A DNA stretch of 64,000 nt, taken from the NCBI GenBank assembly GCA_002699585.1, contig PABP01000009.1:419750-483749 (forward strand), given 5' to 3'. Under the pieces are notes generated by a model. The model was given only the letters and a program-made list of their open reading frames with translations, searched no databases and had not been told where the DNA came from. The translations under genes were made by a program, and so were the position numbers. Origin of the DNA: Anaerolineaceae bacterium (GTDB lineage: Bacteria > Chloroflexota > Anaerolineae > Aggregatilineales > Phototrophicaceae). This document shows positions 58,974-64,000 of this stretch, piece after piece; positions within the stretch are counted from its first letter, which is position 1; each line of letters opens with the position of its first letter.

Positions 58974-60101
58974 ATGCGTCCCAGAATCCCCACCCAACCG
59001 CCCAGGCCGGAAGTCCAGGCGAAAATGCAGGAACGCGCCCAGCGGTTGACCAAACGCCAATATGTGCGTTTCGCATTCTACAAAGTCGATCCCCTTTGGC
59101 GTCGTCTGCCTGCCGACGAACAGGCCGAGCAAAAACAAGAACTCATTGATGTGATACGCACGTTCAATCGGCGGATGCTGCTGCGCCCCTACAGTCTGAT
59201 GGGCACACGCGCCGATGCCGAACTGCTGCTGTGGCAGATTTCAGAAGACCCACAGCCGTTCCGGGAATTGGCAAGCGCCATCATGCGTACGCGCATGGGT
59301 GCTTACCTCAATATGGCTTATTCCTACTTTTCCCAGACAAAACGCTCGCTTTACGAAATTCGTACGGCGGGTGTGGACGATGAGGACGAAGAAGAGCGTC
59401 TCGTCCTGGACCCAACCGAGGCCAAATACCTGTTTGTCTATCCTTTCATCAAAACGCGCGAGTGGTATCAGCTATCGCAGCATGCACGCCAGGGCATGAT
59501 GGACGAGCATATTGAAGTCGGTCGTAAATACCCCTCGGTGCGCCTGAACACGACATACAGCTTTGGCATTGATGATTACGAGTTCATCGTCGCCTTTGAA
59601 ACAGACGAACCCTCTGATTTCCTTGATCTGGTGCAGGAGTTGCGCGAATCGACAGTCAGCATGTATACCTTGCAGGATACGCCGCTGTTCACTTGCATCA
59701 ACATGCGCCTCGACGAAGCCCTCGACGCGCTGGGTGGTCCGCCGATTGCGGAAGCTATCGTTCCTGGCGAAGAGCGCGAAGTCTGGCTAGAAGTCTGCCC
59801 GTTGGATGAACTCGGACCTGGCGAAACCAAAACGGTCTTCCTGGAAGGCAAAATGGTTGGCTTGTTCAATGTCAACGGCGTGCTGTTCGCCCTGAACAAT
59901 CGCTGCTCGCATGCGCGTGGTCCACTCAGTGAAGGCCAGGTGGATGCCGATGAATGCAGCGTTACCTGTCCCTGGCACTATGGCAAATTCGATCTGGCCA
60001 CAGGTCAGCCGCTGGATGGCGTCGTCAATAAGCCCGTTGATACTTACCGCGTTGAAATTCGTGACGGCATGATCCATGTCGGCACGACGGTTACATACTA
60101 A
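58974..60101 (+). CDS. coproheme decarboxylase (HemQ/ChdC, chlorite-dismutase family) fused to a C-terminal Rieske [2Fe-2S] domain
   Basis: Chlorite-dismutase family body. Rieske motifs CSHARGPL and CPWHYGKF in the last ~100 aa. Confidence 0.75.
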   Translation: MRPRIPTQPPRPEVQAKMQERAQRLTKRQYVRFAFYKVDPLWRRLPADEQAEQKQELIDVIRTFNRRMLLRPYSLMGTRADAELLLWQISEDPQPFRELASAIMRTRMGAYLNMAYSYFSQTKRSLYEIRTAGVDDEDEEERLVLDPTEAKYLFVYPFIKTREWYQLSQHARQGMMDEHIEVGRKYPSVRLNTTYSFGIDDYEFIVAFETDEPSDFLDLVQELRESTVSMYTLQDTPLFTCINMRLDEALDALGGPPIAEAIVPGEEREVWLEVCPLDELGPGETKTVFLEGKMVGLFNVNGVLFALNNRCSHARGPLSEGQVDADECSVTCPWHYGKFDLATGQPLDGVVNKPVDTYRVEIRDGMIHVGTTVTY

Positions 60102-60116
60102 GAAGGTGATTTCAAT

Positions 60117-61166
60117 ATGACTGTTTTTGGGGCACCGACTGCCGACGCGCCGTTGTTCGACGAGCAGGCCCACGACTACGACGCTATTCTGGTGATGTCT
60201 TTCGGCGGGCCAGAAGGCCAGGATGATGTGATTCCGTTCCTGCAAAAAGTCGCTGGTGGCCGCAACATCCCGGTAGAACGCCTGGAAGAAGTCGCGGTGC
60301 ATTATCGTGATTTTGGTGGCGTCAGCCCGATTAACGCCCAGAACCGCGCCCTCATCGCCGCACTGCAAGATGAACTCAAGGTGCACGATCTCAATTTGCC
60401 TGTCTACTTTGGCAATCGTAACTGGCATCCCTTCATTGAAGATACGATCCGCCAGATGCGTGACGATGGCGTCAAACGCGCTTTGGCCTTCTTCACATCG
60501 GCCTTTAGCTCGTATTCCGGCTGTCGCCAATACCGTGAGGACATCATCCGCGCCAGTGAATCCGTCGAAGGTGCGCCCATCTTCGATAAGTTGCGCGTGT
60601 TTTACAACCATCCCGGTTTTATCAACCCCATGATCGAAAACACGCAGGCCGCGCTTGACCAGTTCCCTGAAGGCGAGCGTGATGCTGTGCATTTGGTGTT
60701 TACAGCCCACAGCATCCCGATGGGCATGGCGCGTAACAGCGATTACGTCGCCCAGCTAGAAGAAGCCTGCCGTCTGGTTGCGAAGGGCGTGGGCCGTGAT
60801 GACTTCCGCCTGGTGTATCAGAGCCGCAGTGGCCCGCCACATGTGCCCTGGCTGGAACCGGACATCTGCGATTATCTGCGGGAAATCGGCGAGCAGGGCA
60901 TCAAGCAAGTGGTCATGGTCCCGATTGGCTTCATCTCCGATCATATGGAAGTGATGTTTGACCTGGATACGGAAGCCATGCAAACTGCCGACGAAATCGG
61001 CATGACGCTCGTCCGTGCGGCGACCGTCGGCACACACCCGGCATTCATCAGCATGATTCGTGAACTAATTTTAGAGCGCATGTCGGAAAATCCGCAGCGG
61101 TTGGCATTGGGTGAGCGTGGTCCTAACCATGACATCTGCCCGGTGGACTGTTGTCTTATGCGCTAA
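60117..61166 (+). CDS. hemH: ferrochelatase (coproporphyrin ferrochelatase type)
   Basis: 349 aa. Typical ferrochelatase layout with VMSFGGPEG N-terminus. Confidence 0.85.
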   Translation: MTVFGAPTADAPLFDEQAHDYDAILVMSFGGPEGQDDVIPFLQKVAGGRNIPVERLEEVAVHYRDFGGVSPINAQNRALIAALQDELKVHDLNLPVYFGNRNWHPFIEDTIRQMRDDGVKRALAFFTSAFSSYSGCRQYREDIIRASESVEGAPIFDKLRVFYNHPGFINPMIENTQAALDQFPEGERDAVHLVFTAHSIPMGMARNSDYVAQLEEACRLVAKGVGRDDFRLVYQSRSGPPHVPWLEPDICDYLREIGEQGIKQVVMVPIGFISDHMEVMFDLDTEAMQTADEIGMTLVRAATVGTHPAFISMIRELILERMSENPQRLALGERGPNHDICPVDCCLMR

Positions 61167-61315
61167 CAAAACAGGCTGCTAAATTCGTGACAAATAGCAG
61201 TGATGGTATGACAACCATCATTACCGTGCCTCGGTGGGATTGGTTACGATTGCTGCGTACTGCACACAGAATTATGTAGTTTTACGCGAATTATGCAGAT
61301 TTTGAGAGGGAAATC

Positions 61316-62431
61316 ATGAGCTATCCAGCGCCGAGGCTCGTCTTCTGGGAAACGACTGCCGGATGTAACTTACGCTGCATCCACTGTCGCCGGGTGACAT
61401 TGGCCGACCAATTGACACCACAAGACCTGACGACCGAAGAGTCGTTCCAGTTGATTGACCAGATCCGGGAAACCGGACGGCCTGTTTTTGTACTTTCCGG
61501 TGGTGAGCCGCTGTTCCGGCCTGATATTTACGACATCGCCGAATATGCGACCGAAGCTGGTCTGCCTGTCGCTATGGCGACCAACGGCACACTCATCGAC
61601 GATGCTGTCGCCGAGCGCATCAAGGCCAGTGGTGTTAAGCGCGTGAGCATTTCTTTCGATGGGGCCGATGCCGCCACCCACGATATGTTCCGTGGCCTGC
61701 CTGGTTCCTTCGAAGCAGCCATTCGTGGCTTTAAGGCGCTGCGCAAAGTTGGCCTGCCCGTGCAGATCAATACCACTGTCGCCAATCACAATAAAACTCA
61801 GCTAGAGAGCATGTTGCAACTGGCCAAAGATCTGGATGCGGTAGGCCTGCACCTGTTCCTGCTGGTCCCGGTAGGCTGTGGCGTAGAAATTGCTGAAGAT
61901 CAGATGATTAGTGCCGCCGAATACGAGCAGGTGCTCAACTGGCTGTACGATACCGAGCAATCCGAGCCGGATTTGCAGCTTAAGGCGACCTGCGCGCCGC
62001 ATTACTTCCGCGTGATGCGCACTCGCCGCGCTGAAGAGCGCCGTAGTGGTGTTGCTCGTGAATTGCCCGCCAGCCATGATCGCCAGCTCAACGGCCATCC
62101 GCATGGCCAGATGCACGCCGCGACCAAAGGCTGTTTGGCCGGGACAGGCGTGACCTTTATCTCGCATCGTGGGGAAGTCTTCCCCTGTGGTTACTTACCT
62201 GTGGAAGCGGGCCATGTGCGTAAGCAGGCATTCGGCGACATCTGGCAGAACAGCCCGCTGTTCGCTGAACTGCGCGACCCGGACCTACTCGGTGGCAAGT
62301 GTGGCGTATGTCACTTTAAGTCGCTGTGCAGTGGCTGCCGTGCCCGTGCCTATGGCATGACGGGTGATTACCTTGCAGAAGAACCCTTCTGCGCCTATCA
62401 ACCGGAGACGCGCGAAGTCGTCTTGTCATAG
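61316..62431 (+). CDS. radical SAM protein with SPASM/twitch C-terminal Cys cluster (AhbD/NirJ-like)
   Basis: CNLRCIHC radical SAM motif. C-terminal CGVCHFKSLCSGCRARAY. Confidence 0.8.
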   Translation: MSYPAPRLVFWETTAGCNLRCIHCRRVTLADQLTPQDLTTEESFQLIDQIRETGRPVFVLSGGEPLFRPDIYDIAEYATEAGLPVAMATNGTLIDDAVAERIKASGVKRVSISFDGADAATHDMFRGLPGSFEAAIRGFKALRKVGLPVQINTTVANHNKTQLESMLQLAKDLDAVGLHLFLLVPVGCGVEIAEDQMISAAEYEQVLNWLYDTEQSEPDLQLKATCAPHYFRVMRTRRAEERRSGVARELPASHDRQLNGHPHGQMHAATKGCLAGTGVTFISHRGEVFPCGYLPVEAGHVRKQAFGDIWQNSPLFAELRDPDLLGGKCGVCHFKSLCSGCRARAYGMTGDYLAEEPFCAYQPETREVVLS

Positions 62432-62475
62432 AACCTGTTATTTTGTCATAAACCAATGTCGTTGGGAATGAACCT

Positions 62476-63831
62476 GTGACGATTGTACTTGTCGGACTCA
62501 ACCACCGAACTGCATCGGTTGAGCTACGTGAAAAAATGGCCCTTACGCCCTACGGGGTAGGCGTGGCCCTTGACCAGTTGAGAGATCATGTCCAAGAGGG
62601 CATGATCCTTTCTACGTGTAACCGCCTGGAGATCTATGCCCTGGTCGAGGGTGTTGATGCTGCCTTATCTGAGCTAGATGCCTTCATGGCTGATCTGCAT
62701 GATATGTCCAAGGATCAGATGCAGCCGCATCTCTATCATAAGCGTGGCCAGGATGCCATCCGTCACCTGATGCGTGTCGCCGCGGGCCTGGATTCTATGA
62801 TCCTGGGCGAGCCGCAAATCCTGGGGCAAGTGACCCAGGCCTTTGGCGAAGCCCAGGCAAGCAGCTTAACTGGCCCGATACTATCAAACCTGGCGGCGCG
62901 CGCTATCCATGCGGGTAAACGTGCCCGCGCAGAAACCGAAATCAGCCGTTATACGACCTCGGTCAGCCATGCTGGGGCGATCCTGGCGCTTGACCATGTG
63001 CATGCTGAATCGCCCAATATCCTGATTATGGGTGCGGGCGAAATGGCCCGCTTGGCGGCCAAATCGCTGGCACACCGTGACGGTATCAACCTGGCCTGCC
63101 TCAACCGGACCCTTAGCCGTGCCCAATCGCTGGCCCAGGAACTGGATGCTATCACCATGGACTGGCATCAGCTTGAAGAAGGCCTCGTGTGGGCCGATGC
63201 GGTTATCTGCGCGACGGGTGCGCCGCATACGGTCATCCATGCGGATATTGTGCAGCGGTCGCAAGCCCAACGCGCCGACCGTCCGCTGGCTTTCGTGGAT
63301 ATTGCTGTGCCGCGTGATGTCGAAGTGGCTGTCGAGGACATTCCCGGCGTACTGCGCTTCGATATTGATGATTTGAACTCGATTGTCGATAGCAACACGG
63401 CTCATCGTGAATCCGCCATCCCCCAGGTAGAAGCCATTCTCGAAGAAGAGAACAGCATCTATTATGAGTGGTATCACAGCCGCGCCGTAACGCCCGTGAT
63501 TAAGGACTTGCGCCGTTGGGCGGTGGATGTCGCCCAGATGGAAGTCGACCAGGCCCTCAACAAGCTGGGTGATGTCGATGACCACACGACCGAAGTCGTC
63601 AATCGGTTGGCCCATCGCCTTGTGAACAAGCTACTGCATAAGCCAACTGTGCGCTTACGTGGTCAGGCGGCAGAGAGCAACGGGCATTGTTATGCTCAGG
63701 CGGTGTCTGACCTGTTTGGGCTTGATGCGAGCAGTACCCAACCTGGGGTTCAAACGGATCAGCATGATCACCATGTACGCGAATGGGTGCAGGCTAGCGC
63801 GCAAAACGGGAATGGACACTATGAAGAGTAA
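62476..63831 (+). CDS. hemA: glutamyl-tRNA reductase
   Basis: GTG start. VGLNHRTASVELRE...STCNRLEIY. Confidence 0.9.
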   Translation: MTIVLVGLNHRTASVELREKMALTPYGVGVALDQLRDHVQEGMILSTCNRLEIYALVEGVDAALSELDAFMADLHDMSKDQMQPHLYHKRGQDAIRHLMRVAAGLDSMILGEPQILGQVTQAFGEAQASSLTGPILSNLAARAIHAGKRARAETEISRYTTSVSHAGAILALDHVHAESPNILIMGAGEMARLAAKSLAHRDGINLACLNRTLSRAQSLAQELDAITMDWHQLEEGLVWADAVICATGAPHTVIHADIVQRSQAQRADRPLAFVDIAVPRDVEVAVEDIPGVLRFDIDDLNSIVDSNTAHRESAIPQVEAILEEENSIYYEWYHSRAVTPVIKDLRRWAVDVAQMEVDQALNKLGDVDDHTTEVVNRLAHRLVNKLLHKPTVRLRGQAAESNGHCYAQAVSDLFGLDASSTQPGVQTDQHDHHVREWVQASAQNGNGHYEE

Positions 63832-64000
63832 CATCGTCAAATTGGGCACGCGCGGCTCTCAATTAGCACGCTGGCAGACCGATCACGTCGCCTCTTTGTT
63901 GTGCGGCGCTTTCCCAGATCTTAAGATAAGGCAAGTGGTTATCTCCACACGCGGCGACCAGGTCTTGGATACGCCGCTGCCACTGGTTGGCGGCAAGGGC
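63821..64000 (+). CDS. hemC: hydroxymethylbilane synthase (porphobilinogen deaminase), 5' part only
   Basis: MKSNIVKLGTRGSQLARWQT. Overlaps the hemA stop. Truncated by window end. Confidence 0.8.
   Translation, partial: MKSNIVKLGTRGSQLARWQTDHVASLLCGAFPDLKIRQVVISTRGDQVLDTPLPLVGGKG

Overview
This 64 kb window has a conserved chromosomal backbone of about 55-58% GC. It may come from a Chloroflexi/actinobacteria-type monoderm, because it encodes a deazaflavin (F420)-dependent nitroreductase-family protein, uses a coproporphyrin-type heme branch (hemQ/hemH) and has a csoR-copA copper module. Roughly 9.3-47.5 kb is a mosaic accessory region inserted at the 3' end of copA. The core covers 1-9.4 kb (CYTH protein, alcohol dehydrogenase, NUDIX, methylmalonyl-CoA epimerase, two paralogous secreted proteins, DUF302, csoR with a recognisable operator, copA) and 47.6-64 kb (GHMP kinase plus sugar-1-P nucleotidyltransferase, esterases, IMPDH, GH13 alpha-glucosidase, F420 nitroreductase, metalloprotease, BNR protein plus MoaD, and a heme cluster: hemQ-Rieske fusion, hemH, radical-SAM/SPASM, hemA, hemC). 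The accessory region holds two paralogous large-serine-recombinase (LSR) islands. Island 1 is LSR - Xis-like HTH - McrBC (McrB with an EVE/PUA-like insertion inside its GTPase domain) - sigma-70-like gene. Island 2 is LSR - type II R-M pair - sigma-70-like paralog. Each sigma-like gene is flanked by conserved non-coding elements. Between the islands sit a low-GC secreted-protein gene, an ISL3 transposase remnant and a frameshifted IS1182-family IS with 38-bp inverted repeats. Downstream is a plasmid-like backbone: PrimPol/helicase Rep, relaxase, MobC, IHF/HU, ParM/ParR. The most striking feature is a markedly AT-richer ten-gene operon at 29.6-39.6 kb. It encodes a lidless Hsp70, an SPFH/flotillin-like protein with a possible E2/UEV-like tail, three zinc-ribbon membrane proteins (two with degenerate J-domains), DedA, DUF4177, a 973-aa HerA/DUF87-like ATPase and two acidic peptides. 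It is bracketed by GTCACA-rich repeat clusters. I flag it as a candidate undescribed membrane-associated defence/conflict system. All calls come from reading motifs in the provided translations; no database search was run.
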